Assembly (NCBI RefSeq): GCF_001194135.2
Contig: NC_068989.1
Coordinates: 72,126,293 to 72,179,713, forward strand
Length of the DNA: 53,421 nucleotides
From: Octopus bimaculoides
Lineage: Eukaryota
Reading direction: 5' to 3'
The notes below the pieces were generated by a model, which saw only the letters and a list, made by a program, of their open reading frames with translations, was not told where the DNA came from and ran no database searches. Positions 39,921 to 51,207 of this stretch are shown piece by piece. Position 1 is the stretch's first letter; every line of letters starts with the position of its first letter. The translations under genes were made by a program, and so were the position numbers.

Positions 39921-40892
39921 ATGTATGTGTGCCTGTGCCTCCAGTACTAGATTAATCCTGTAACACTAAATAATTGATTGGTTGATAAGTTTAGCCAATG
40001 TCATCATAAATAGTTGCAATTTCATAACATGAAAGATAAAACTGTGAAGTTCAAAAGGAAGAAATTTTTCTTGTGATTTACTAATGGTGGAGATTATAGT
40101 CAAGTGATTTGGAATCACAAATAGAACTTACAACATTTTAGGTCAGGCACAAAGCATTGATTGCATTCATATATCAAAATAGAAGGAAACAGATACAGAA
40201 ATATAGGTAGAGAGACAGACAGATAGGTAGATAAACAGAGAGAAAGAGAGAGAGAGAGAGGTGCAGATAAAGGCAAAGAAAGAATCATAGATAAAACACG
40301 ATACACAAATATGAGAGTGGGGAACAGACATAAACACACACACACACACATGTGCGTGTTCATGCACACATGCATGCACATGCACGCACAGAGACAGAGT
40401 TGATAGAGTTAATGACAGATAGAAAGATAGACGCACACGTATTACAAATGTGAAAATATTGGAGTAACTGACAGTTACAGTTTCCCTTTGTTAATGCTGA
40501 AATCAACATAGGGCAACTGCTGAGCTGTTGATGTCTACCAAGGCAGAAATGTGTTCATATCATACATATATATATATATAAACAATATATGAGTATATGC
40601 ATATACATGTACANNNNNNNNNNNNNNNNNNNNNNNNNNNNNNNNNNNNNNNNNNNNNNNNNNNNNNNNNNNNNNNNNNNNNNNNNNNNNNNNNNNNNNN
40701 NNNNNNNNNNNNNNNNNNNNNNNNNNNNNNNNNNNNNNNNNNNNNNNNNNNNNNNNNNNNNNNNNNNNNNNNNNNNNNNNNNNNNNNNNNNNNNNNNNNN
40801 NNNNNNNNNNNNNNNNNNNNNNNNNNNNNNNNNNNNNNNNNNNNNNNNNNNNNNNNNNNNNNNNNNNNNNNNNNNNNNNNNNNNNNNNNNNN

Positions 40893-41064
40893 TATTTCGG
40901 CCAGAGTTCTTTCGTCACACTTCTGTGACCTCATCAGTGGTCCTTTGTTTCCTTCCTTCTTATGTGTGTCTCACCTTCTTATGTGAGACACACATAAGAA
41001 AGAAGGAAACAAAGGACCACTGATGAGGTCACAGAAGTGTGACGAAAGAACTCTGGCCGAAATA
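40893..41064. repeat. Long inverted repeat: 82-bp arms, 1 mismatch, 8-nt loop
   Basis: 40893-40974 is the reverse complement of 40983-41064 except for one C/T. The loop is cttcttat. The left arm is cut off by the gap. Confidence 0.95.
41014..41058 (+). ncRNA. Minimal or degenerate type I hammerhead motif; a mirror copy is on the minus strand at 40899-40943
   Basis: Reads GGACCA-CUGAUGA-G-GUCAC(AGAAGU)GUGAC-GAAA-G-AA-CUC-UGGCC. The core and stem II are present and stem I is GG(A)CCA/UGGCC. Stem III is only 2 bp, and there is one extra G after the core. Confidence 0.5.
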
Positions 41065-41842
41065 CGATTAATATAAAATAAAGGTGAAGCAAATTAACAC
41101 CAAATATACAGTGCGTGTGTTTTTATTGGCTAAACTGGCAATATGACCATCCCCAAGTACAACATCATATATATATATACATATATATATACATACGTAC
41201 ACACACACACACATACACACACACATATATATATATATAAACAATATATGAGTATATGCATATACATGTACATGTATGTACATATAGATACATAACTAGG
41301 TACATGATGTGGCAAAAGAACATGGACAAAATGATAAACAAGGTACAACAAACAAGCAGGCCACATAGAGAACATATCCTTCATCAGCTGCCAAACACAT
41401 TTACATTCATTCATATACATAGAAATACACGTGTATGCACACACACACACACACTCATTATGAATGTACATGCAAAACACATACATACATGCTCAAAAAA
41501 CATACATACATACATATGTACATTTGCACAAGAGAATCTAAGAGATAAAAATGTTGATATCTGCATATGTCGGTGTGCATGTGTGACATGTAAGTCTGTG
41601 TATGTGTGAGTACATATGAAGTTGAAATCAGGCAAGTAAATAAGTAAATAAATGCTTATGAAATTGCCTAATTGAGATAATCTGATTTGTAAGTTTTTAA
41701 ATGAGATTACAACAATTAACTCATATCAGTGATGCAATAACCACCAGAATAGATTTGTTGCATCGAAATATAAATACATGCACATATCTATTTATCTGTC
41801 TGTCTGTCTGCCTGCCTGCCTGCCTGTCTGTGTGTGTGTCTG

Positions 41843-41874
<32 letters not shown>

Positions 41875-41899
41875 CATACATGTAAACACATCTGTACAC

Positions 41900-42304
41900 G
41901 GAGTGGCTGTGTGGTAAGTAGTTTGCTTACCAACCACATGGTTCTGGGTTCATTCCCACTGCTTGGCACTTTGGGCAAGTGTCTTCAACTATAGCTTCGA
42001 GCCGACCAAAGCCTTGTGAGTGGATTTGGTAGACGGAAACTGAAAGAAGCCCGTCATATATATATATGTGTGTTTGTATATGTTTGTGTGTCTGTGTCTG
42101 TCCTCCCCCCCTCCCCAACATCGCTTGACAACCGATGGCGGTGTGTTTACGTCCCCGTAACTTAGCGGTTTGGCAAAAAGAGACCGATAGAATAAGTACT
42201 AGGCTTCCAAAGAATAAGTCCTGGGGTCGATTTGCTCGACTAAAGGCGGTGCTCCAGCATGACCGCAGTCAAATGACTGAAACAAGTAAAAAAAAAAAAA
42301 GAAT
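41900..42304 (+). mobile_element. SINE family A, full-length
   Basis: Same head, core and 3' end as the 5737 copy. Confidence 0.88.
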
Positions 42305-42362
42305 ATATACATGTAAACATATGTACACATATATGCATATACACATATACATGCACATACGT

Positions 42363-42610
42363 GAAGGCGCGTGGCCTGGAGGCAAGTTGTTGCACTCACA
42401 ATTGCACTCAAGATTGCGGTTTCAGTTCTCTAACTGGGAAGTGCATTGTGTTCTTTAGCCAAGCATTTCATTTCATGCTGCCCAAGTCCACTCAATGGAC
42501 TGGCATCTCGTTTATGGAAGAGAGTTGTGGACTTAGTGACTTTTACGCCAGCGGTGTGGCATAATTTGAAAGCTACAACAATGCAAGGAAGAGCATTGTG
42601 GCCAGCGGTA
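42363..42610 (+). mobile_element. tRNA-derived SINE family E, decayed
   Basis: gaaggcgcgtggcc...gcggtttcagttc...ttgtgttctttagccaagcatttcatttca; a reverse copy is at 16070-16340. Confidence 0.55.
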
Positions 42611-42674
42611 TATAACACTTGACAGTCTGGTCTGTACTGCTACATATGTACATGTAAATATACATACATATATA

Positions 42675-42735
42675 CGAGGTGGTATCAGAAAGTTCCCGGA
42701 TTAGTTATGTTTAATAAAAAATAACTTATTTACCT
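42675..42735 (+). mobile_element. Tc1/mariner-like terminal fragment
   Basis: ta|cgaggtggtatcagaaagttcccgga resembles a mariner TIR after a TA site. No partner TIR was found. Confidence 0.4.
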
Positions 42736-43249
42736 AAACTTTGTATGTATACATATATATTTACAAATATATATATACACACTCACACATAAACACATAC
42801 ACATACGTACATATCATAAAATTATATATATATATGTATGTGGTTGCGTGTGTGTGAGTGTATGTATGGGTGTGCGTGCACATATATATATATATATATA
42901 TATATAGATATATATATAGTGTTAGGTGTGATGTATAGAAATTGAATATTGAGAAAAAAAGTCGTCAGAATTTTGGAAAAAAAATCTTTTTATTTCTTCA
43001 TTATTATTACCGCTTTCTCGAACATGTCAAGTAGAATTTTGTGAATGTACAAACAGCTTGTTCATTTATATAAAACAGATGTTTTTCGGGGGTTTTGTTC
43101 AGGAGAAGAGAACATTGTTCTTCTTTTTTTTTGTGTGTGAGGTTCCATTGACAATGGAGATGGATATACATACATACATACATACATATATATATATGTG
43201 TGTGTACGTGTCGGTCTTTGCTCCTACCATTACCACCACCATCACCACC

Positions 43250-43430
43250 GCTTGACAACTGTTGTTGGTATGGCTACGTCCCTAAAATTTTTGAGCTTCG
43301 GCAAAAGACACCGATAGAGTAAATATCAAGCTTAAACACAAGAACTAGGGTCGATTTGTTCGACTAAAATTCTTTAAGGCTCAGCATGGTCGCAGTTTAA
43401 CGACCGAAACAAATAAAAATAAAAGATAAA
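43250..43430 (+). mobile_element. SINE family A, 3' half
   Basis: cgcttgacaac...ccgataga...gtcgatttgttcgactaaa...cagcatggtcgcagt matches the A 3' region. Confidence 0.7.
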
Positions 43431-43845
43431 GATTTTCTTTTTTGCGTACACTGACTGTTGATTTTTCATCTATCCTCATTATTTCGGCCAACAGATTTGG
43501 ACATAAGAGTCGGTATGTTTAATCAAAGGGCAATGCTTCGTTAGACATAGTGGAAGACCCTTAATGAATTTTCATCAAACTGCTCGATTAAATACGGTTC
43601 CTTAAGACAAGAAATTAAAACCAGAAAATAGACAAATTTCAAATCACAACATGAGAATGAAATCTTCAGGGTGTAACTATACAGGAACTAATTATCATCT
43701 TAATATACACACTGAAATTGATACTAAAATACACTGTTACGAAACTATTCTCGAAAATATATTTAAGAGTCTTCTCCCTTGAAACTTAATTTGTGACTTT
43801 TTGTCTCCCTTGGATACTTATGAACGTTGTTATACTGAACTCTGG

Positions 43846-43915
43846 TCCTAGGTAGTATAATGGTAGTATCCTCACTTGCTACAAAGAAACCGGAGTTCAA
43901 TTCCCAGTCGGGTAG
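43846..43915 (+). pseudogene. tRNA-Asp-like pseudogene
   Basis: TCCTAGGTAGTATAATGGTAGTATCCTCACTTGCTACAAAGAAACCGGAGTTCAATTCCCAGTCGGGTAG is collinear with eukaryotic tRNA-Asp(GTC) as I recall it. A and B boxes are recognisable. The anticodon stem (CTCAC/AAAGA) does not pair. Confidence 0.6.
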
Positions 43916-44544
43916 TCACTCAGAATTTTTATTTTCAATGGTGAGCCACTGCATAATCTTTAGACTATCAAGTGGAGAATTGCAATATACAAGATTCTGT
44001 GCTGAACATAGTTGTGTTTATAAAAATAGTGGTTCTTAAAATTTTTGGCTCGCTAGTACAAACAGGATAAATTGAACTCAAAACACGTGTGCGTGCGTGC
44101 ATGTGTGCGCGTGTGCGCGTGTAGCTTGTCTCGCGACTGCAGTTTCAAACTACTGTGAATTTTAGGCGAATTAAGAATGGGTTGGCTGTTATTTCTAGCG
44201 ACTTGAATGCCCACATAGAGCATTTTAACATGAATGTTGAACTTCACCAACTCACTAGTATTGCAACTTAGATCAAATTATTGTCTGAGTCTGGGTTTCA
44301 AGACTCAATCTATTTATTACTTATGGATTCTTGGGGATAAAGATCAATCACGGTCTGAAATTTTGTCCATAGGCGTATGATACCCACCCTACTCCCTTAC
44401 TCAGGGTTCCTCATTGGATCGCTTTAATTGGAGTTATTGTTGTTGTTTGACTCTCAGCTCAGACCTCATCGAGCAAACTTATGACTATTATACTTGTTCC
44501 GTTCCAATATAACATCATCCAATACAAGACGATGAGATGATAAA

Positions 44545-44745
44545 ATCGTTATCACACCAGACAAAACATTTCGTGGCATTTCGTCCGTCTTGAAGTTCTG
44601 AGTTTAAATTTCACCGCGGTGAGATTTCTCTTCCGTGCTTTCGGGGTCGATAAAATAAGTACCAGTTGAGTACTGTGGTCGATGTAATCATCTTCTCCCT
44701 CCCCTGAATTTACTGGCCTTGTGCCAAAATTTGAAACTAATTTTA
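44545..44745 (-). mobile_element. SINE family C
   Basis: Collinear with the 21020 copy. Confidence 0.3.
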
Positions 44746-45058
44746 CATTATCCAATTTTATCGTTCTTCGTAAGACAATAGAATGTGATTTGGAGGAGAT
44801 TTATTTAACTACTGATTCTAGAACGACGAGTGATCACGTATAGGCTCCCTAATATTTTACCCCCGTTTACTCTGAATCCTTTATGTGTTTACAGAGCTTC
44901 TGTGACTGGCGGGATAACGAGTGGTAAGTATCCTCAAACCGATGAAATAGCCTCCAGTACTTGTAGCAGGATGGACATGGTTAAAGGCACACAAGAGCGG
45001 ACCAGGTGGCGGTGTTAAACCAGCGATAGATGAAATCTACCGCACAGGAACTCAGAAC

Positions 45059-45099
<41 letters not shown>

Positions 45100-45174
45100 A
45101 ACAAATAATGCAAGACATCTCCGTTCGACGCTCTAATAATCAATGCCGACTATAAAACAAAGTACTGTGGACTG

Positions 45175-46330
45175 GTCCTTTATTTTATAGATCCCGAGAG
45201 GATGAAAAGCGAAGCTGGCCTCAGTGGGATTTGAACTCAGACCGGAGAGAGCAGTTACAAATACTGCAAAGCATTTTGTCCTACGCTCTAACGACTCTGC
45301 TAATTCATTCGTTTTAGCATCAGTTGAACGGATCTGGTTCTTTAATAATTTATTGATCCCGAAAGGAAGAAAAGCGAAGTTGGCCACAGTCCGGTTTGAA
45401 CTCAGAGCGCAGAAAAGCGGAGCAAATATCTTTTCTGCTATAAGCACAAGACCTGAAATTTTGGGGGAGGGGTTAGTCAATTGCACCGGCCTGAGTGCTT
45501 AACTGGTACTGTAGCGAAGGTATCACCAGTCTAATGAAAGGAGTCACTAGTATGGTGAGTTCACTATATTCGTAGTTAATGTGTAGCTATAGCCCAATGG
45601 AGTGTTCATAGTCTGGTTGAAGTGATGACGTCGACGGTAGTAGCGTGTCGATACTGTCTCTGTGTGTTTGTTCAATAGTAATTGATATACAGAGACAGAC
45701 GGACAAAACTCAACTTGTTCGATAGCAAAGTTTATTCACAGTAGTGGGTTGCGTACAATGTTAAAGTCTTGTATAAGATTTCTGTGAAGAAGTAAGTTGT
45801 GTTTTATAGAGAAGTCTATAATGTGAATGAATGCGTGACGACATTAGACGTACTTTGTGTCTATAGAAAGAGACTTGATAGAAGTGTTTCTAGAAAGGAT
45901 GGGAGGTGACGGCATTGAATTTGGTCGATACTGTTAGCGCACTTGGACGAAGAATTGTGTTCGTGTGAGAGACGCCAGCGTAAACGCGATAGAACCAAAC
46001 TACCAGCCGGGAGTCCTTAGAGAAAAGAACTCAATTAAACATGGCAGCAGCCACATTATATAAGTGATAGTCGGACGTAGTAGAGAGAGAGCCAGTTCGG
46101 ATGTAGTAGAGCTGTAAACTTACAGTGTCATTTGAGCCTACCTTGAGATTTAAAATGTATGTTTTTACTAATGCTAGTACAGACATGCTACGGTACTTAT
46201 TTTATCTACCCCGAAAGGATGAAAGGCAAAGTCGACCTCGTTGGCATTTGAACTCAGAACGTAAAGACTGACGAAACGCCGCTAAGCATTTTGTAATGCA
46301 GTTTGTCCTACGTTGTAACTATTCTGGCAA
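45175..46330 (-). mobile_element. Cluster of SINE C pieces, the last split by the solo LTR
   Basis: gaaaggatgaaa(a/g)gc(g/a)aag...tttgaactcaga occurs near 45200, 45360 and 46215. The segment 45450-45509 joins 46193 onward. Confidence 0.75.
45510..46192 (-). mobile_element. Solo LTR (683 bp), probably Ty3/Gypsy type
   Basis: Termini are TGTAGC...GCTACG (one change from TG...CA). A 4-bp TSD GTAC lies at 45506-45509 and 46193-46196. Removing the element restores the SINE C sequence aactggtacttattttatc. On the minus strand, TATATAA near 46060 precedes AATAAA near 45733, consistent with U3-R-U5 order. Confidence 0.75.
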
Positions 46331-46631
46331 TTCGCTTGTTTTAGCAGCAGTTGAAGGGGCTAAAGGGATTATGTGCTAGTTTATATTTAGAAATGATCGC
46401 ATAAATTCTCACGATATTAAGGAAGTAACGATTAAAAAAACATAAGAATAATAATAAAAAAAAAGCTAGGCTTATAATTTTTTCTACAAAATTGAGGGTA
46501 CATTTAGTAGGAAACTAATATACATTAATAGCAAAATGGATCTATGAAACGAAAAGATGATGGGAGTTTCTTTTTTGCGCTTAATCAGCCTACTGAATAA
46601 TTCAAGGTTGATTAATGCATAATAAGGCCAG

Positions 46632-46681
<50 letters not shown>

Positions 46682-47324
46682 TTATTGTAATTATTTGACA
46701 ATAGGGGAAGTTATTATTTAACAAGGTTGAAAAGCATTCGAATTTAGCCGGCAGCGAGAATTAGCGCGTCGTTACAATGGCAGCATTAGGACAGTTATGT
46801 GTGTGTGTGTGTGTGTTATTGTGTATGCGTATGTAAGAGAGAGGGAAAGAAAAAAGAGAAGTAGAGAGTACCTCTGTATGAGAAAGGAAGAAAGAGAGAG
46901 AGAACGCGTGTTATTGTGAGTTTGTGCGAGAGAGAGTGTGAGAAAAAGTGGCAGAGAAAAAGTAAGAAGGAGAGAGAGAGAGAGAGATTGGGAATTTAGT
47001 GTTCCCAGATTAAAGCGGAACCAGTACGGAAATTACAATAAAGGAAACTAATGAAAAATACAAGTTTTACTTTATTTTTTTTGAAGTATTTATGAATATC
47101 TGTGTCAAAAGAAGCAAAAACTTCGATTGAACATCCAAATAAATTAGTATTTCCCAACATTTTAGTTTCATTCCTCAGATCCTGCTAGTGCAGTCGATTC
47201 TGTTTTTTGCTGCCGAGGGTCAATGTCGAATTTAAACATGAGCCAAACAATATTAGAAATGTAGTCGCGATAGCAGTATTGTTGTTGCAGTTGATTTCTC
47301 GCTCATCCCTGTGCTAGTAGACGT

Positions 47325-47631
47325 TTGTTGTTGTTGGCACTCCGTCGCTTACGACGTCGAGGGTTCCAGTTGATCCGATCAACGAAACAGCCTGCTCGTG
47401 AAATTAACGTGCAAGTGGCTGAGCACTCCACAGACACGTGTACCCTTAACGTAGTTCTCGGGGATATTTAGCGTGACACAGTGTGACAAGGCTGACCCTT
47501 TGAATTACAGGCACAACAGAAACAAGAAGTAAGAGTGAGAGAAAGTTGTGGTGGAAGAGTACAGCAGGGTTCGCCACCATCCCCTGCCGGAGCCTCGTGG
47601 AGCTTTAGGTGTTTTCGCTCAATAAACACTA
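47325..47631 (-). mobile_element. SINE family B, 5' end lost in the gap
   Basis: Reverse complement of the B body and (CAA)n tail. Confidence 0.9.
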
Positions 47632-48207
47632 NNNNNNNNNNNNNNNNNNNNNNNNNNNNNNNNNNNNNNNNNNNNNNNNNNNNNNNNNNNNNNNNNNNNN
47701 NNNNNNNNNNNNNNNNNNNNNNNNNNNNNNNNNNNNNNNNNNNNNNNNNNNNNNNNNNNNNNNNNNNNNNNNNNNNNNNNNNNNNNNNNNNNNNNNNNNN
47801 NNNNNNNNNNNNNNNNNNNNNNNNNNNNNNNNNNNNNNNNNNNNNNNNNNNNNNNNNNNNNNNNNNNNNNNNNNNNNNNNNNNNNNNNNNNNNNNNNNNN
47901 NNNNNNNNNNNNNNNNNNNNNNNNNNNNNNNNNNNNNNNNNNNNNNNNNNNNNNNNNNNNNNNNNNNNNNNNNNNNNNNNNNNNNNNNNNNNNNNNNNNN
48001 NNNNNNNNNNNNNNNNNNNNNNNNNNNNNNNNNNNNNNNNNNNNNNNNNNNNNNNNNNNNNNCAAAATAGGGGTGAGGAGACGACGGCGGTGGGGAAAAA
48101 TTTTTTTTGTTTGGTTTTGTTTGGAAATCAGTAAAGAAAAAAAGAACAGCTTAAAAAAGATTAACAGTTGAAAACAATGTAGATTAGCGTGATAAAATCG
48201 ATGTAAC

Positions 48208-48250
<43 letters not shown>

Positions 48251-48251
<1 letters not shown>

Positions 48252-48410
48252 CGCCGAGGTCGACTTTGCCTTTCATTCTTTCGAGGTCGATAAATTAAGT
48301 ATCAGTTGCGTACTGGGGTCGATCTAATCGACTGGCTCCCTCCCCTCAAATTTCAGGCCCTGTGCCTGTGGTAGAAAGGATTATTATTATTATTATTATT
48401 ATAATTATTA
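48251..48410 (+). mobile_element. SINE family C, 5'-truncated, between (TAT)n tracts
   Basis: ccgccgaggtcgactttgcc...gtagaaaggattattatt matches the C 3' part. Confidence 0.85.
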
Positions 48411-48908
48411 TTATTATAGAAGGAACAATGTGTGTCAAATGAAGGAACAGAGTGTCAAATGAACTTCTAATTGTCATTCGTCTCAACACAGACATATACT
48501 CATACATACATGCTTATATATATATACGTACACACACACACGTATACACATACAGAGTGATACTGAAATCTATAGCGAATTGTGGCCATATAACACTTAA
48601 GGTACAAGAAGAATTTTTAAGCAATTACAATTACATGCTACAGTAATGAAAAGCGTCAGCATTAGCGAAAGTGTTTTTCAAAATGAGAAAAATGGGCAAG
48701 GGAGAGAATTCCGAAGTTTAAATTGATTAAAAATGAAATGCAGCCGAGGAAATGCGCTTGATGTTCCATCTAATAAGAATTATCAAGGAATAAGTCTCCA
48801 GTCCTTACTTTTGCTGTAAGAATTCACAAGGTTTTTCTATCTTCAAAATAATTTCATACTCAACATCGAATAGGGATAGAAATAACGAATGAGATAATGT
48901 TGACTTAC

Positions 48909-49010
48909 CTTAGCAACATCAATTGCAAACGAGTCCAGCAATTCATCCAAAGTTTGGTAACCTTGGAATTTTGTGTCATCACCGTCCCATCCGGGTACGC
49001 GAATGACCTT
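48909..49010 (-). CDS. 3' part of an internal exon, probably of the same unidentified gene; 5' end lies in the gap
   Basis: Translates to KVIRVPGWDGDDTKFQGYQTLDELLDSFAIDVAK, followed by a phase-0 donor AAG|GTAAGT. It is on the same strand as, and 2.2 kb downstream of, the large exon. Confidence 0.7.
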
Positions 49011-51207
49011 NNNNNNNNNNNNNNNNNNNNNNNNNNNNNNNNNNNNNNNNNNNNNNNNNNNNNNNNNNNNNNNNNNNNNNNNNNNNNNNNNNNNNNNNNN
49101 NNNNNNNNNNNNNNNNNNNNNNNNNNNNNNNNNNNNNNNNNNNNNNNNNNNNNNNNNNNNNNNNNNNNNNNNNNNNNNNNNNNNNNNNNNNNNNNNNNNN
49201 NNNNNNNNNNNNNNNNNNNNNNNNNNNNNNNNNNNNNNNNNNNNNNNNNNNNNNNNNNNNNNNNNNNNNNNNNNNNNNNNNNNNNNNNNNNNNNNNNNNN
49301 NNNNNNNNNNNNNNNNNNNNNNNNNNNNNNNNNNNNNNNNNNNNNNNNNNNNNNNNNNNNNNNNNNNNNNNNNNNNNNNNNNNNNNNNNNNNNNNNNNNN
49401 NNNNNNNNNNNNNNNNNNNNNNNNNNNNNNNNNNNNNNNNNNNNNNNNNNNNNNNNNNNNNNNNNNNNNNNNNNNNNNNNNNNNNNNNNNNNNNNNNNNN
49501 NNNNNNNNNNNNNNNNNNNNNNNNNNNNNNNNNNNNNNNNNNNNNNNNNNNNNNNNNNNNNNNNNNNNNNNNNNNNNNNNNNNNNNNNNNNNNNNNNNNN
49601 NNNNNNNNNNNNNNNNNNNNNNNNNNNNNNNNNNNNNNNNNNNNNNNNNNNNNNNNNNNNNNNNNNNNNNNNNNNNNNNNNNNNNNNNNNNNNNNNNNNC
49701 TTTGTGAATTAAAATAATAGATTCATATCGAAAACACACAGAAAAAAGAAAAAAAGTTGAAATCTAAACATTTGTTTTAAAATCCATATTGTAAATACAT
49801 ATATTCATCAATATTTCTCGAAATAGAGGCTCGGACAGAATATATAAAAAAAAAAAAACTTCAGTTTCGAAATGAGAAGAAGAACGAAAGTGCATCTCTT
49901 AGATTTAATACAGACATAATGTACAACACTAGATGCACATCGAAAGTCGGAATAGTTGGAATATCCGCTTGGCACGTCAACCCCAGTCCAAGTACTTTCA
50001 CTACTAAAAGATGTGGGTTTGTTGAAACTAGCTTATTGTATTAATTTCATTCATGGTTGACATGATATAATATAATCGGGGAAATAATCTACAGAAATCT
50101 TATTGTATGTTCAATTCTTACTTTTTGTTACTGTATCACACGTATGTGTATGTACGTATGTATATATAAGTGTGTCGGTGTATGTCCTATATATCATAAT
50201 CGTTTTCCTCTCTTTTTACAGCTGTAAAATATTTATCCGCTTTAAATTATTAAATAGGTATTAAATAATTAAATCGATAGAAAGACAACGAATTGACATG
50301 AAAGTGAATTGTTAATTGTTTTCCCTCTCACTTGTTGTCAACTCTAGTGATATTTCTGAGAAGAGTCGCAGCTCTGCAATATGAAATGATATGAATGGAG
50401 TGAAAATCATTATAATTTTTGCTGACGAAAGCTGTCGTTAATACCATAATCTCACTGAGCATGTATATTTAACCGAATGAATGTTTCACCAGGAGTGAAT
50501 GTTTCACACGTACATATGAAGATTCACTAACTTAATGTAGCAAGCGCGATAATTTTAATTAATCGAAACTTGTACTTGTGTCAAGGTGAGACAAACATCG
50601 TCAAACAATGCTTAACTAAACCAAACAAATACATACAGTACATCATGTTAATACACATACTAGACAATACTATAAAAACCAGAGCCAAATGGAATAGCTA
50701 ACAAAAGGTTCTATATTTTAAGAAAATTTAATCGCAGTTCGTTCACAACATTAAAATGTCCTTTAGAATACATTAGTCCTAAATATTTATTATTTTTCTC
50801 TTAATGTTTTGACCATACTTATTTTCTCTTGAACAAAATATTCTAGTGTTAAAATTTTAATTGGAAAGTCAAATTTAATTAGCCATTAATTTCAATGATA
50901 AAAACAAACTCTGTTTGGTATCACTTTAATGTGTAGATTGCCTGGTCATTTACACATAAGTGTGCAGCCTAACCCTCACTCTAAAACTTTACTCTAACCT
51001 CAACCCAAATCCGAAACCCCAATTCTAACCCTAAACCTTAATCCTAATCTTAACACAAATCAGCTCATTTCTACGGATACTGTGGTAAATGATACACTAA
51101 AGTAGTATTCTCTTTTATTCTATGAGAACTTATACTAGTAACGAGTTTTCTGTAATAGTATTATTAGAAAGTTTTGAATTTGCTCAATGAAAATAGTTTT
51201 GACTTAC

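Noticed and set aside
44895-44923. + strand 29-bp micro-exon candidate (tttacag|...|gtaagt), and a similar 44-bp candidate at 34551-34594
   Set aside because: The splice signals look good, but no host gene is identified and the two do not join in an open frame.
45060-45094. Long poly(A) run suggesting a processed pseudogene
   Set aside because: The upstream sequence resembles a SINE fragment, with no ORF or TSD found.
47535-48134. Long ORFs spanning N runs (also at 10325, 17643, 21686, 40535 and 48897)
   Set aside because: They are open only because N codons cannot be stops.
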